A stretch of 64,000 nt of DNA, from IMG/VR virus record IMGVR_UViG_3300048606_000052, positions 4,848-68,847 of that record; one strand, written 5' to 3'. Below the pieces are notes generated by a model. The model searched no databases, was not told the origin of the DNA, and saw only the letters and a list, made by a program, of their open reading frames with translations. Both the position numbers and the translations under genes were made by a program. The stretch comes from a virus (lineage: Duplodnaviria > Caudoviricetes). Shown here one piece after another: positions 41,754 to 51,589 of the stretch (positions within the stretch are counted from its first letter, which is position 1; each line of letters begins with the position of its first letter).

Positions 41754-42695
41754 CTATCCGAGGCACAGCGGCCGCACGACGAGCCATCCCGAGGCTCGCG
41801 TCAGGTCTGTGTCGATGTTCACCTTGCTCGCAAGCGTGAGCTGCGTCGTCGCGGCGAGGCCGAGCTCCGTCGACCTCTGGTGAAAGTTCGCGTAGTACGA
41901 GCCGCCCAGCCCGACGGTCGCGACCTTAGTTGCGCTAGACGTCGGAAGGGTCGCGCCGACCTTGACTCCGAGCGAAACGGTGCCGCCGCCCATCGACTCG
42001 ATGCTCGCGCCGAAGTCGATCGCATAGTCGCCAGTGACGGGCACCGCCACGGTCGGCGCCGTGACCGTCCACGTCGCCCAAGCGTCGGTCACGAACGTCT
42101 GCGTGATCGGCGTCGCGAAGTCGTCATCGCGCATGTCGCCGCCGCCGACGAACTCCCACTTGTGGGTGCCCGACGCTGCGGCGTGATAGCGAAGGTGCCA
42201 GCGAACAGGCGCGATCTGGACGGCCGTGACCCGCAAAACGCATTCCTGCTGATCGACGGGGCTCGCCGGCAGCGCCGTAACAGTCGGCGCGTAGGCGTCC
42301 GTGAGGACCCACGCCCCGGCGATGACCCGCCACGTCATCGGCCCCTTGTCTGACGCGACGAACGTCGTGCCCTCGACCGGGACTGAGCCGGCCTGGCCGT
42401 TGAGTCCGCCGGGCCGGTTGACGTAGGTGTTCACGATCGGCGCTGACGGGACCGGCGCCCAGCCGGTCCCGTAGTCGAAGGCGAGATCACCATCGGTGGC
42501 GTAGTACAGGCGCCCGCTTTTGCCGGGGCTGCCGGGTGTCGAGGTCGGCCGCGCCGCAGCGGTGCCCTTGTCGGCGGTCGCGATGATGGCGTCGAGGTCT
42601 CCAGCGAGTGCCAGGAACCCAGCGTCGATGTCGCTTACATTGCTGCCGCCCGTCAGGGCACGCAGCCCGTATTTCGTAGTCGTCACGTAAGGCAC
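41754..42695 (-). CDS. Tail fibre / minor tail protein
   Basis: Last gene of baseplate block; GRLYYATD, beta-rich C-terminus. Confidence 0.7.
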   Translation of the reverse strand: MPYVTTTKYGLRALTGGSNVSDIDAGFLALAGDLDAIIATADKGTAAARPTSTPGSPGKSGRLYYATDGDLAFDYGTGWAPVPSAPIVNTYVNRPGGLNGQAGSVPVEGTTFVASDKGPMTWRVIAGAWVLTDAYAPTVTALPASPVDQQECVLRVTAVQIAPVRWHLRYHAAASGTHKWEFVGGGDMRDDDFATPITQTFVTDAWATWTVTAPTVAVPVTGDYAIDFGASIESMGGGTVSLGVKVGATLPTSSATKVATVGLGGSYYANFHQRSTELGLAATTQLTLASKVNIDTDLTRASGWLVVRPLCLG

Positions 42696-42708
42696 GCCGG
42701 ACCCCTCT

Positions 42709-43290
42709 TTAGGTGATGTTCGCGACGGTCGCGGTGTCGATCGTTCCGGCTGCGGCGTCGATCGTCCGTGTTCCCTCGTCGATGATCGGAGCGTCGGAGA
42801 CGATGTGCGTGAGCACGTCGCCGCCGACCTTCTGACGCATGAGCGCCGCGAGCGTCGCCGCCGGGTCCGGGGTCTCTGAGGTCCGCGTGATGACCGTCAG
42901 CGTCCACGCGCTCGTGACGCGCTCGAGGATGCGAACGCTCTGGGTGCCCGTCAGCGTTGGCTCAGCCTCAAGGCGCATGCTCGCCGGCCGGCAACGTGCC
43001 TGCCCCGATCGGCGTCGGACCTCGTCGCGCTGCACGACAGCGGTCGCGCCGTGCGTGAGCTTGACGCCTGGTATCTGCGCCAGGAAGGGCAGCGCGTTGT
43101 CGGGTGTCGTCTCGACGTCAACGAGGACCGCCCAGCCGGGGCGCCCGTCGCGGTCCTCTGAGAGGTCGGCGACGGCCTGCCACATAGCGCCGATCGACTC
43201 GCAGAGCGCTGCCAGCGCCCAGTCGTTGAGCTCGTCGGCGTAGGCCAGCGGCTCGTTGGCTTCGTAGAGCTCGACGCCGACGCTTCCCAT
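42709..43290 (-). CDS. Baseplate wedge protein (P2 gpI-like)
   Basis: TPDNALPFLAQIPGV; follows baseplate J. Confidence 0.75.
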   Translation of the reverse strand: MGSVGVELYEANEPLAYADELNDWALAALCESIGAMWQAVADLSEDRDGRPGWAVLVDVETTPDNALPFLAQIPGVKLTHGATAVVQRDEVRRRSGQARCRPASMRLEAEPTLTGTQSVRILERVTSAWTLTVITRTSETPDPAATLAALMRQKVGGDVLTHIVSDAPIIDEGTRTIDAAAGTIDTATVANIT

Positions 43291-43307
43291 CGCGAACGGT
43301 GCCGGCG

Positions 43308-44705
43308 TCACGGCGCGACTCCGGTGGCGACAATCGAGCCCGGTCTCGTCAGCGGCGCAGGACCTGCCAGCGGTACGTCCACGGCTCGCAGGCTGCGGAT
43401 CGTTCCGGCGCTCATGTCTGTCGTGAAGTTCACGGCCGCGCCGCCGGCCGTCGCCGCGACCTTGAAGGTGTTCGTCGTGATGTCCCGCGCGAAGTACGTC
43501 GTGCCGGCCGTCAGGCCCGCCCCGCCGGTGAGGCCGGCGAACACGACCGGATGGTCGAGCAGCAGGCCGTGCGCGGTCGCGGTCAGGACGTCCGTCGAGG
43601 CGACGCCGGTGACGAGCTGCGTGCGCCCGAGCGTCAGGGCGGTGATCTCGTCGAGCCCCTCGACGCGGTCGATGACGGCGGCGACCTCGAGATAGCGGAC
43701 GTAGGTCTTGACGACCCAGCTCTGCTCGTCGGCACCGAACGGCGTGCCGAACGTCGCGGGCGACAGGTAGGCGGCGACGGCGGCCTCGACCGCTGTTTCG
43801 ACGCCCGCGACGTCGAAGCCTGGATAGGTGACGAACGCGGCGGCAACATCGATTGTGGTGTAGCTCGGGTCGATGACCGGCGCCACAGAGTTGAGCAGCC
43901 GCCGGGATTCGAGCAGGACCTGCGCGGCCGTCTTGACGGCGCCGGCGACTGGCTCGCCGCTGAGGTCGGCGACCGCTGTCGTGACGTACTTCTCGTTGAG
44001 GTAGGTACCGGCTACGGGGTCGTAGCCGTCGAGCGCGAGCGCGCGGCCGATCTCGGGCACGAGCGCGAGCAGCAGCGCCGCAGAGTCCGCGGCTCGCGTC
44101 GGTGACGTGTGCGCGAGCTCGCGCAGGCGAACCCATCGCAGGATGAACGCGTCGTCGGTCTCGGCGTCACGGCCGCCCGTCGTGACCGCGGTCAGCGTGG
44201 TGGTGTCGATCCATGCGAGCGACTCGACGGGCTCAACGGGCGAGTCGGCGGGCAGCCCACTGCCGGCCGCGCCGGCGACCTCGGCGACGAGCACGACCTC
44301 GCCCGCAACCGTCGAGGTTGAGTCGGTTGGGATCGCGACCGCGCCGACGGTCGCGAAGACCTGCCCGCTGTCGCCGCCCGTGCGGATGAGAAAGCGCGTG
44401 CCGTCCTTGAGCATGTAGCCGTCGGCGTCCAGTGCGGTGACGGTCGCCGTCGTCTGCGCGAACGTCGCTTCGATCGGTGCGACGTTGTCCACCCACTGCG
44501 CGAGGTAGCGCAGGATCGAGCGCGACACGTCGGAGGCGGTCTCGCGGCCCTCGGCGATCATCTGCGCACACGACGCGAGGACCTGCGACGCCTGGTCGCC
44601 CCGCGCCCGGTTCCACCCCGGCACAAGCGACTCCATCTTGTCGAAGCCGATCGCGGCGATCTCGGCGGGGTCCGTCTCAATCGGGACGGCGATCGGCTCA
44701 GCCAT
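43308..44705 (-). CDS. Baseplate J-like protein
   Basis: VLVAEVAGAAG, GGRDAETDDAFILR, IDPSYTTIDV. Confidence 0.9.
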   Translation of the reverse strand: MAEPIAVPIETDPAEIAAIGFDKMESLVPGWNRARGDQASQVLASCAQMIAEGRETASDVSRSILRYLAQWVDNVAPIEATFAQTTATVTALDADGYMLKDGTRFLIRTGGDSGQVFATVGAVAIPTDSTSTVAGEVVLVAEVAGAAGSGLPADSPVEPVESLAWIDTTTLTAVTTGGRDAETDDAFILRWVRLRELAHTSPTRAADSAALLLALVPEIGRALALDGYDPVAGTYLNEKYVTTAVADLSGEPVAGAVKTAAQVLLESRRLLNSVAPVIDPSYTTIDVAAAFVTYPGFDVAGVETAVEAAVAAYLSPATFGTPFGADEQSWVVKTYVRYLEVAAVIDRVEGLDEITALTLGRTQLVTGVASTDVLTATAHGLLLDHPVVFAGLTGGAGLTAGTTYFARDITTNTFKVAATAGGAAVNFTTDMSAGTIRSLRAVDVPLAGPAPLTRPGSIVATGVAP

Positions 44706-44928
44706 CGAGCGCTGCCCGTAGCCGTAGGCGCAGGTGCGCGATCTCGCCCTCGAGCCGCTTGACCTCGGCCTCGTAATCGACCTCGAGCACCGCCGTGTGG
44801 ATCTGCGCCTGCGCGGGCCCGTCGGCCGGCGGTGCGTCGTCGAGCGGGGCGTCGCGCGCGGGGTAGCCGCCGGGCGCTTGAATCACGACGATGTAGCGGC
44901 GCGGCGGCGGCCGCTCGGGGTCGGGCAT
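44698..44928 (-). CDS. Small hypothetical protein inserted in baseplate operon
   Basis: Coiled-coil C-terminus; abuts gp25 stop. Confidence 0.5.
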   Translation of the reverse strand: MPDPERPPPRRYIVVIQAPGGYPARDAPLDDAPPADGPAQAQIHTAVLEVDYEAEVKRLEGEIAHLRLRLRAALDG

Positions 44929-45270
44929 CTACTCGCCGCCCTCGACGGCGACGCGTATGTCATCGCGTGAGCCTGGCAGCCGGAACCCTGGCGGCTCGGG
45001 CTGCTCAGCGGTCGGGCGACGCAGCGCGATCGGGATCTCTGGCTCGGAGCGCCCGATCGCGGCCGCCAGGGCGTCGAGGTCGGCGCGGTTGACGCGCAGC
45101 AGCTCGGGGGGAATACCGAACGTCGGGTCGTCGAGGCGGTCGCCGAGCATCGTGCGGCACGTGACGTGGACGCGATCCTCGAGGTGGTCGGACGAGTCCT
45201 GCTCAACGACGACGGCGACCCCGTCCACGAAGCGCAGCGGGAAGGCGAGATGCGAGATCGGGTCGGGCAC
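44929..45270 (-). CDS. Baseplate wedge gp25/GPW-like protein
   Basis: LAFPLRF, RTMLGDRLDDPTFG, SEP. Confidence 0.85.
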   Translation of the reverse strand: MPDPISHLAFPLRFVDGVAVVVEQDSSDHLEDRVHVTCRTMLGDRLDDPTFGIPPELLRVNRADLDALAAAIGRSEPEIPIALRRPTAEQPEPPGFRLPGSRDDIRVAVEGGE

Positions 45271-45325
45271 GTGCCTTAGATCATCCGTGGTCCGCTCGAG
45301 CGTGAGCCCATCGGCGCCCGTGAGG

Positions 45326-45556
45326 TCAGGGCGTCACGACGGCATCCGCGATCACTACGGACGCCCGGACCGTGATTTCCGCCCCTCTGCTCGCCGCTTC
45401 GGTCTGCATCCTGTCCAGTCGCCGCGCGGCCGCCGGGCCGAGGTCCGAAAACGTCCCCTGAACGCTGTATTTCGGACCGACCTCGACGGTGATGATCGCG
45501 GTCGATCCTTGCGAAACGAACCACTCGGCCAGCGTGTTGGCTTGCGTTTTCGTCAT
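45326..45556 (-). CDS. Small hypothetical protein
   Basis: Between spike and gp25; GAGGGG SD. Confidence 0.5.
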   Translation of the reverse strand: MTKTQANTLAEWFVSQGSTAIITVEVGPKYSVQGTFSDLGPAAARRLDRMQTEAASRGAEITVRASVVIADAVVTP

Positions 45557-45572
45557 TCGTGCGCGGCCCCCT

Positions 45573-46814
45573 CTACGTCTTGATGATCCAATGCAGGCCG
45601 ATGTACGGCGGCATGTTGTTATGCGCGCCGCCGCCGCCGGTCGCGGTCGCCGCCGTCGCGAACGCCCCGGTCCCCAGCCCCGAATACGACCACGTAGTGC
45701 CGGCCGGCTCGTTGAACGGGTACGTCTCGAGGTCGCGGTTCAGCGCGTGGCCGTGGCTTGGCATTTCGGCGGTTGACAGCGTGTGCGTTTTGGCGCCGCC
45801 GGTCGCCGCGCGCGCGATCGTTGCGGAGACGCCTACGGCCATGCGGTCGCGCAGGTCAGGCAGGTTGAACGTCGTGGACCCGTCGCCGACCCCGAACGTT
45901 GTAGAGACCACCGTGAACAGCGCGGCGTAGGTCGTTCGGTTGACCGCCGAGCCGTCACAGATGAGGTAGCCGGTGGGGGCCACGCTGCCGGCGAACGGAT
46001 GAAGCGAGCCGGTCGGGAGGCTCGGACCGGTCGCGCCGGTGTCGCCTTTCGCGGCGACGACCGCCCAGTTCGTGGCGTCAGCGTCGGGGGTCGTCGCTGT
46101 CGTCCCCGCGACGAGGCGACGGTAGCTCGCCCCGGAGTAGGACACACCGTCGTTGACGGCGTACGCGGTGCCGGCCGCCCACGCGCCACGCCAGAGGATG
46201 CCCACCGGCCCCGTTGGGCCCGCCGGCCCCGTGCTGCCCGCCGGGCCCGTGCTACCCGCCGGCCCCGTGCTGCCCGCCGGGCCCGTGCTACCCGTCGAGC
46301 CCGTCGCACCGGTCGCGCCGACGTCGCCCTTGCTTGCGAGCAGTTCCCAGTTCGTGGCGTCGCTCTCCGGAGCCGTCGCGGTCGTCCCAGCGATCAAGCG
46401 CCGGTAGGCCGACCCGAGCCGTGTCACGGCGTCATCGACCGCATACGCGGTGCCGGCCGCCCACGCGCCACGCCAGGTCAGACCGCGCGCACCCGTCGTA
46501 CCGGTCGGGCCCGTCGGGCCCGTCGGGCCGATGGGACCTGGCGGGCCCGTCGGGCCGGTCGGACCGGTGAGTGCCGCCGGCTCAGATGGCAACGCCCAGA
46601 CGTTGCCCTTGTCGTCGATGAGCACGAGCACGACGTCGCCGCGGTTCGGTGTCTGCCCGGCCGCGACCCAGACCGCTGGCGGCCATTCGTGCGTGTCGCC
46701 GTAGGCGTCGATCGTCACGCCGACGGTGCCGTCTGGGTGAACACGGGCGATCTTCCCGGCGTAGACGACGCCGGGCGGTGTCGGCGGCGCCGGCATGAGC
46801 GCGTAGCTGTTCAC
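45573..46814 (-). CDS. Baseplate spike-type OB fold fused to collagen, two CBM-like repeats and a phage tail-collar domain
   Basis: GKIARVH..GTVGV...PNRGDVVLVLID; GPT repeats; 2x WRGAWAAGTAYAVxD.V; PTGSLHPFAG...GYLICDG...FNLPDLR; HNNMPPY. Confidence 0.8.
   Translation of the reverse strand: MNSYALMPAPPTPPGVVYAGKIARVHPDGTVGVTIDAYGDTHEWPPAVWVAAGQTPNRGDVVLVLIDDKGNVWALPSEPAALTGPTGPTGPPGPIGPTGPTGPTGTTGARGLTWRGAWAAGTAYAVDDAVTRLGSAYRRLIAGTTATAPESDATNWELLASKGDVGATGATGSTGSTGPAGSTGPAGSTGPAGSTGPAGPTGPVGILWRGAWAAGTAYAVNDGVSYSGASYRRLVAGTTATTPDADATNWAVVAAKGDTGATGPSLPTGSLHPFAGSVAPTGYLICDGSAVNRTTYAALFTVVSTTFGVGDGSTTFNLPDLRDRMAVGVSATIARAATGGAKTHTLSTAEMPSHGHALNRDLETYPFNEPAGTTWSYSGLGTGAFATAATATGGGGAHNNMPPYIGLHWIIKT
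46222..46293. repeat. 4 x 18-bp tandem repeat (GSTGPA coding)
   Basis: GCCGGCCCCGTGCTGCCC / GCCGGGCCCGTGCTACCC alternating twice. Confidence 0.9.
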
Positions 46815-47131
46815 GCCGTCGCGCCCGGGTCGAGGTTCATGCACGAGTCGGCGGGGATCTGGCCGTCCTCGGGATCGGGGACCGCCCATTTCGCGGTGAC
46901 GACGCCCTCGCAGACGTCAACGGCGACGAGGCCTGCCCAGCCGGGCGCCGGCGTGCCGTCGTCGGCGACGAGCGAGCGGCGCGCGTCGTCTTCCGTCTCA
47001 CCGGGCTGAATCTGGACGGCGGTGCGCGTGAGGTCGAGCTCTTCGATGAGCGCTCCGCACCATCCGCAGCGTTGGCGGATGACGTCGCCGGCGCGGATCG
47101 GCGGGGCGGCGAGATGCACGAGCGCGGTCAT
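46811..47131 (-). CDS. Hypothetical protein with CxxC inserted between hub and spike
   Basis: H...RCGWCG...C; overlaps at both ends. Confidence 0.55.
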   Translation of the reverse strand: MTALVHLAAPPIRAGDVIRQRCGWCGALIEELDLTRTAVQIQPGETEDDARRSLVADDGTPAPGWAGLVAVDVCEGVVTAKWAVPDPEDGQIPADSCMNLDPGATA

Positions 47132-49002
47132 CCGCCGCCCTTGACGCGGCGGGCGGTGAAGCCCGTCCGCTCGCGCACGCCCTTGCGCAGCCGCGGCCCG
47201 GACTCCTGATTGTCATCGCCGCTGCGCGAGCTCGTGTCGAACCGGTAGCCCTCGTGCGTGCCGTGAAAGAGGATCCACACGTGGCTCGAGTTTGCCTCGA
47301 CGGTGAAATACGTGCCCTCGCCGGCCTCGCCGTAGGACGCCGCGAGCTCGCCCGACGTCACGGCGCGCGTGCCGGGGAACACGCCGGCGCGCTTGAGCGC
47401 GAGGCACACGCTCGACGAGCAGTCCAGCGGGTCGTTGCCGGCGATGTCTTTCAGCAACGGGCCGTGCCCGCCGCCGTAAAGGTAGGCGCGGTTTTCGTCG
47501 CTGACGGCCTTGCACGCGTCGAAGACCGATCCGGCGGCGCCGGCGCCGGCGCCCTCAGTCGTCGCCTGCGGCTTGAGCAGCTCCGTGCCGCGGCGCAGCT
47601 CGACGGTGGCCTTCTGCGAGTCGCGGGTGCGGCGAAATGACGCGACGAGCCAGCGGCCGTCCGCGACGCCCTCGCCCTTGATAATCACGGCCGCGCCAGG
47701 CGGGACCGCCCATAGGCTCGCGCGGCACGTCACGGTCGCGGTGTTCACCCGCTTGCGTGGCGAGACCTCCCAGTCGATCCAGTCCACCGCCGGGTCCTGC
47801 TCGCTGAGCACGGCACGCGCCCGCGACTTGACGAGGTCCTGCTCGCGGGCGTAGTAGACGCGGCCGCGGAGCGCGAAGGCCCGCCAGCCCTTCGCCTCCC
47901 CGATGCGCCCCAGCGCCGTCCACGAGTCCTCGTCGGGATTGTCGGCGGTGCCGCGCTGCACGAGCTCGCCGGCGCGCGAGGCGCCGCTCGAGCCGCCGAT
48001 CGCGTCGAGGCCTCCGTAGGCGTCGATGATCGCGACGCCCTCCTTGCGCCACTTGTCGTAGCGGTCGGGGAACGCGGAGCCCTGCACGGCCTGCGCGATC
48101 TCGCCGGCTGACCAATCGGGGTGCGCTGCGGCGAGGGCGATAGCGCCGCCGCGGCCGCTGAATCCCGTCGTCATAAACAGGGTGCAGGACCGCGACACTG
48201 AGCGGGCGACGGCCTGGCCGTGCAGGCTGACGCGGACCTGCAGGATGCCTTCGCTGTCGGCGTCACCCGATCGAAGGTTCATGAATCGCGACTCGACGAT
48301 GCACGCGAGGTTGAGCGCGAGCGTCGCCTTCTGGCCGCCACCGGCCGCGGTCGCGACGCCCATCACGACCTCCATATTGCGGACCTGCTCGGGCGTGGCC
48401 TTCGCGCCCTGCACGGTCAGCTCGTCGGCCGTAATCGTGTCGGCGGGCGTCGTCGCCGGCGCGAGGAAGCCCGTGCCAAACGGACCGCCGCCCGTCAGCC
48501 CGGTGGGGTTCGCGACCGGGATCCCCTTCTCGCGGCGATCGTCGGCGTCGGCGCGCTGGCGCTTCTCGTCAAGCGCGCTGCCCGACTTCACGACGGCGAC
48601 ACCGGTCGGCGTGACGAACTCGACGCCGACGCGTCGCACGAGCATCCGCGCGAACGCGACATGGTCGGCCGGGCCCTTCGGCTTCAGCGGCCCGCGCGCG
48701 GATTGCAGTTGCGCAACGACGCGGTCCACGAACCCGAGCGCGAACGTGTCGCCGGTCTTACGGGCACTCGCGAGGCGGTAGCGCACCCCGTCGATCGTTG
48801 CCTCGATCGACGCGTCGAGCTTGCCGTTGTGGTCGCGGTCGAGGATGCCCGACCTGCGGAGCTGGCGGCGTTGGTCGTGAACGGTCAGCGTCAGCGCGAG
48901 CGTGTTCTCGATCGATAGGTCGTAGGCCGCTTCTGTGACGCCGGCGTCAAGGCGCACGTCGACCTCGCGGCCGTCGAGCACCAACGCGAAAGACTCAGAC
49001 AC
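47128..49002 (-). CDS. Baseplate hub with inserted lytic transglycosylase and C-terminal NlpC/P60 domain
   Basis: Hub-like N and middle parts; ACIVESRFMNLRSGDADSEGILQ...AQAVQGSAFPDRY; YLYGGGHG..DCSSSV...HVW. Confidence 0.82.
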   Translation of the reverse strand: MSESFALVLDGREVDVRLDAGVTEAAYDLSIENTLALTLTVHDQRRQLRRSGILDRDHNGKLDASIEATIDGVRYRLASARKTGDTFALGFVDRVVAQLQSARGPLKPKGPADHVAFARMLVRRVGVEFVTPTGVAVVKSGSALDEKRQRADADDRREKGIPVANPTGLTGGGPFGTGFLAPATTPADTITADELTVQGAKATPEQVRNMEVVMGVATAAGGGQKATLALNLACIVESRFMNLRSGDADSEGILQVRVSLHGQAVARSVSRSCTLFMTTGFSGRGGAIALAAAHPDWSAGEIAQAVQGSAFPDRYDKWRKEGVAIIDAYGGLDAIGGSSGASRAGELVQRGTADNPDEDSWTALGRIGEAKGWRAFALRGRVYYAREQDLVKSRARAVLSEQDPAVDWIDWEVSPRKRVNTATVTCRASLWAVPPGAAVIIKGEGVADGRWLVASFRRTRDSQKATVELRRGTELLKPQATTEGAGAGAAGSVFDACKAVSDENRAYLYGGGHGPLLKDIAGNDPLDCSSSVCLALKRAGVFPGTRAVTSGELAASYGEAGEGTYFTVEANSSHVWILFHGTHEGYRFDTSSRSGDDNQESGPRLRKGVRERTGFTARRVKGGG

Positions 49003-49010
49003 GGCGCCCC

Positions 49011-49754
49011 CTACCTCGGGACCTTCAGCCGCATCCCTGGCCGGATGGCCTTCGCGTCGCGCAGCCCGTTGAGCGCCTTCAGCTTGCGGACAGCAGCAGC
49101 GACCGCCGAAGCCGACGACGCGCCCATCTCGTCGCGCGCGATCGACCCGAGCGACTCGCCGCCGCGCACCACGTGCGTCTTCGTCGCCGGCGTAGCACCG
49201 GCCTTCTTCGCCGTCACCTTGACGAGATCCAGCGTCACGAGTTGCGTGAGCGTGACCGTCACGTAGAGGCGGATGCGCCGCCGGCCATCCCAGACGGCCT
49301 CGCCCTCTTCGAGCCCGGTCAGCACCCAGTCGATGTCGCCGTGCGGGACCATCCCGCCGACGCGGATCGTGGGCGGCGGCGTGCCGCGCGGCGTGCCCAG
49401 CGGCGGGCGTCCCATCGCGTAGAGCGTCGCGATGCCGGTCTCTATGGAGTCGCGGCCAGCGAGCCCGTCGAAGAGCAGCGGGATGGTCAGCACGAGCGCC
49501 GGCAGGCCGGTCCACTCGACGCCGTTGATACGCCCGGGCCGCGGTACGTCGTCCCAGCCGCCCACGCCGCCCTTGAGCGTCGCCGAGCTCGCGCCCAGCT
49601 TGCACACGAGCGTCAGCGCCGGCGACGCGGTCACGAAGACGCATTGGCCGGGCCCGACCTTTGGGACGATGCCGCCGCTTGGGCGCTGCACGCCGGGGGC
49701 CGGGGTCACGCCCTTCAGGCCGCCGCCGGTGAACGTCGCGGTGACGGGGCTCAC
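49011..49754 (-). CDS. Tail tube initiator-type protein with C-terminal LysM
   Basis: HVVRGGESLGSIA...LNGLRDAKAIRPGMRLKVP. Confidence 0.82.
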   Translation of the reverse strand: MSPVTATFTGGGLKGVTPAPGVQRPSGGIVPKVGPGQCVFVTASPALTLVCKLGASSATLKGGVGGWDDVPRPGRINGVEWTGLPALVLTIPLLFDGLAGRDSIETGIATLYAMGRPPLGTPRGTPPPTIRVGGMVPHGDIDWVLTGLEEGEAVWDGRRRIRLYVTVTLTQLVTLDLVKVTAKKAGATPATKTHVVRGGESLGSIARDEMGASSASAVAAAVRKLKALNGLRDAKAIRPGMRLKVPR

Positions 49755-51586
49755 GCGAACGCCGCCTCGTCGGCGAGCTGCACGGCGTTGGCGCGCGCGA
49801 TCTCGCGACCATCGACCTGCACGACGACCGGCCGGGACGCGAGCCGGTGGACTGCCGCGACGAGCGCCGCCAGGTCGCCGCCCGCAGCTCGCGAGGACCT
49901 CGCGTCGTGAACGGCCGCGCCGCTCGGGAGATCCACAACTTCGACGCCCTGTTCGCCGACGGTGAACGCGCCGCCCCGCACGACAGACCCGCCGCCCGCG
50001 AGCCCCCTCGGCAGCGCCAGCGGCGTGAGCGCACCGCGGCGAAACGGTGGCGCTGCCCGACGGCGCACGACCGTCGTCGGCTTGCCGTCGCCGCCGCCCT
50101 TGCCGCTGACGTCTTCCCCGAAGCCTTGCATCGCGGCCCTGGCCCGGTCGATCGCGTCGGCGGCGTCTTTCGCCCAGCCCATGCCGGGGACGTGCGCGAG
50201 CAGGTGCAGCATCGTCGAGTAGCCGCCCATGAGAAACGCGATGGCGTCGATGACGGCGTTGAGGCCCCAGAGCAGCGAATCCTTGAGCGCGTTGCCGACC
50301 GCGTAGACGATGTCTCGAAAGGTGGCGGAGCTGCGCCACGCGTAGACGAGGCCGGCGGTAAGCGCCGCGACGCCGAGCACGATGAGCCCGACCGGGTTGG
50401 CGACCATCGCGGCGTTGAGCGCCCAGAACGCCGTGACCCATCCGCCGGTGACAAAGGACGAGACGGCGGTCCATACCGCGTAGGCCTTCATCCCGGCGAC
50501 GTAGACGCCGACGCCTGCGGCTGCGGACACGAGCAGGTCGTCATGGCGCACAAGCCACCGGTAGACGCTCGCGATGCCGTCGGCGACCGGCTTGATGTAC
50601 GGCGGCAGCGCCGCCATGAGGTCGGCGAGCCCGGTGAACACCCGCGTCGCGATCGGCTCGAGCTTGAGCATCGCCTGGTTCTTGAAGAGAACCCATGCCT
50701 CCTTGAAGTCGCTCGTGTCGCGTGTCGCGGCCTGGATCGTGTCGCCGTGCCCGAGCGCGGTGACGAGGGCGTCGAGCTCGAAGCGGCCCTGGCGGATCGC
50801 CTCGACCATGTCCGCGCCGGCGCGCTGCCCGAAGATTTTTAGGGCTTCCTTCGTGTTAATGGACCCATCCTTGATGCCGCGGAACGTTTCGATGAGCGCC
50901 TTCGCGGGGTCTTTGCCGGCGGTGTAGAACGACTTCAGCGCGAACTTCAGGCCGGGCATCATCGTCTGCGTGTTCACGCCGGCTTCCTCGAACATCGCGA
51001 ACATCGCGATGGCCTGCTGGAGGCTGAAACCGACCTGGCGCAGCGGCGCGCCGAACGCGACGACCTGCGCCGCCAGGTCGCCGACGCTCGACCCGCTCGC
51101 CTGCGCCGCCCGGAAGAATTGATTGAGGGTGTCCTTCTGGTCGCGCGCCGCGACGTCCCAATCGCCGAAGGCTCGCGTGACCGTCTGGACGTTCGTCGCG
51201 ACGTCGGTCTTCGTGATCCGCGACAGGTTGAGAAAGTCGGCGGCGAGGTCGCGCAGCGGCGGACCGGTCAGCTCGAGGCGCGCATTGATGCCCGAGACTG
51301 CGATGCCGATGTCGCCGAGGTCTGACGGGACGACCTTCGCGATGGCGCGGACGTCGTCTTTGAGGCCAGCGAACGCGGCGCCCGTCGCGCCCGTTCCGAC
51401 GCGGACGGTGTCGTAGGCGTTATCGAAGGCCTGCCCGATCTCATACAGCGCCTTGCCGGCGCCGACGCCGGCGGCGACGATCGCCGCGAAGCTCTGCACG
51501 CCGATCCGTGACGTGCTCTGCAGCCCGGCCTGCACGCCCTGCTGGCCCTGGAGGCGCAGCCGCAGAAGGATGTCATTGAGCGCCAC
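49751..51586 (-). CDS. Tape measure protein (611 aa)
   Basis: Ala/Gly-rich helical with hydrophobic segments; follows tail chaperones. Confidence 0.9.
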   Translation of the reverse strand: MALNDILLRLRLQGQQGVQAGLQSTSRIGVQSFAAIVAAGVGAGKALYEIGQAFDNAYDTVRVGTGATGAAFAGLKDDVRAIAKVVPSDLGDIGIAVSGINARLELTGPPLRDLAADFLNLSRITKTDVATNVQTVTRAFGDWDVAARDQKDTLNQFFRAAQASGSSVGDLAAQVVAFGAPLRQVGFSLQQAIAMFAMFEEAGVNTQTMMPGLKFALKSFYTAGKDPAKALIETFRGIKDGSINTKEALKIFGQRAGADMVEAIRQGRFELDALVTALGHGDTIQAATRDTSDFKEAWVLFKNQAMLKLEPIATRVFTGLADLMAALPPYIKPVADGIASVYRWLVRHDDLLVSAAAGVGVYVAGMKAYAVWTAVSSFVTGGWVTAFWALNAAMVANPVGLIVLGVAALTAGLVYAWRSSATFRDIVYAVGNALKDSLLWGLNAVIDAIAFLMGGYSTMLHLLAHVPGMGWAKDAADAIDRARAAMQGFGEDVSGKGGGDGKPTTVVRRRAAPPFRRGALTPLALPRGLAGGGSVVRGGAFTVGEQGVEVVDLPSGAAVHDARSSRAAGGDLAALVAAVHRLASRPVVVQVDGREIARANAVQLADEAAFA

Positions 51587-51589
51587 GGC

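Noticed and set aside
49003-50454. N-terminal ~480 aa of track ORF 47128-50454
   Set aside because: Overlaps the LysM and tape measure genes in other frames; real hub start is GTG at 49002
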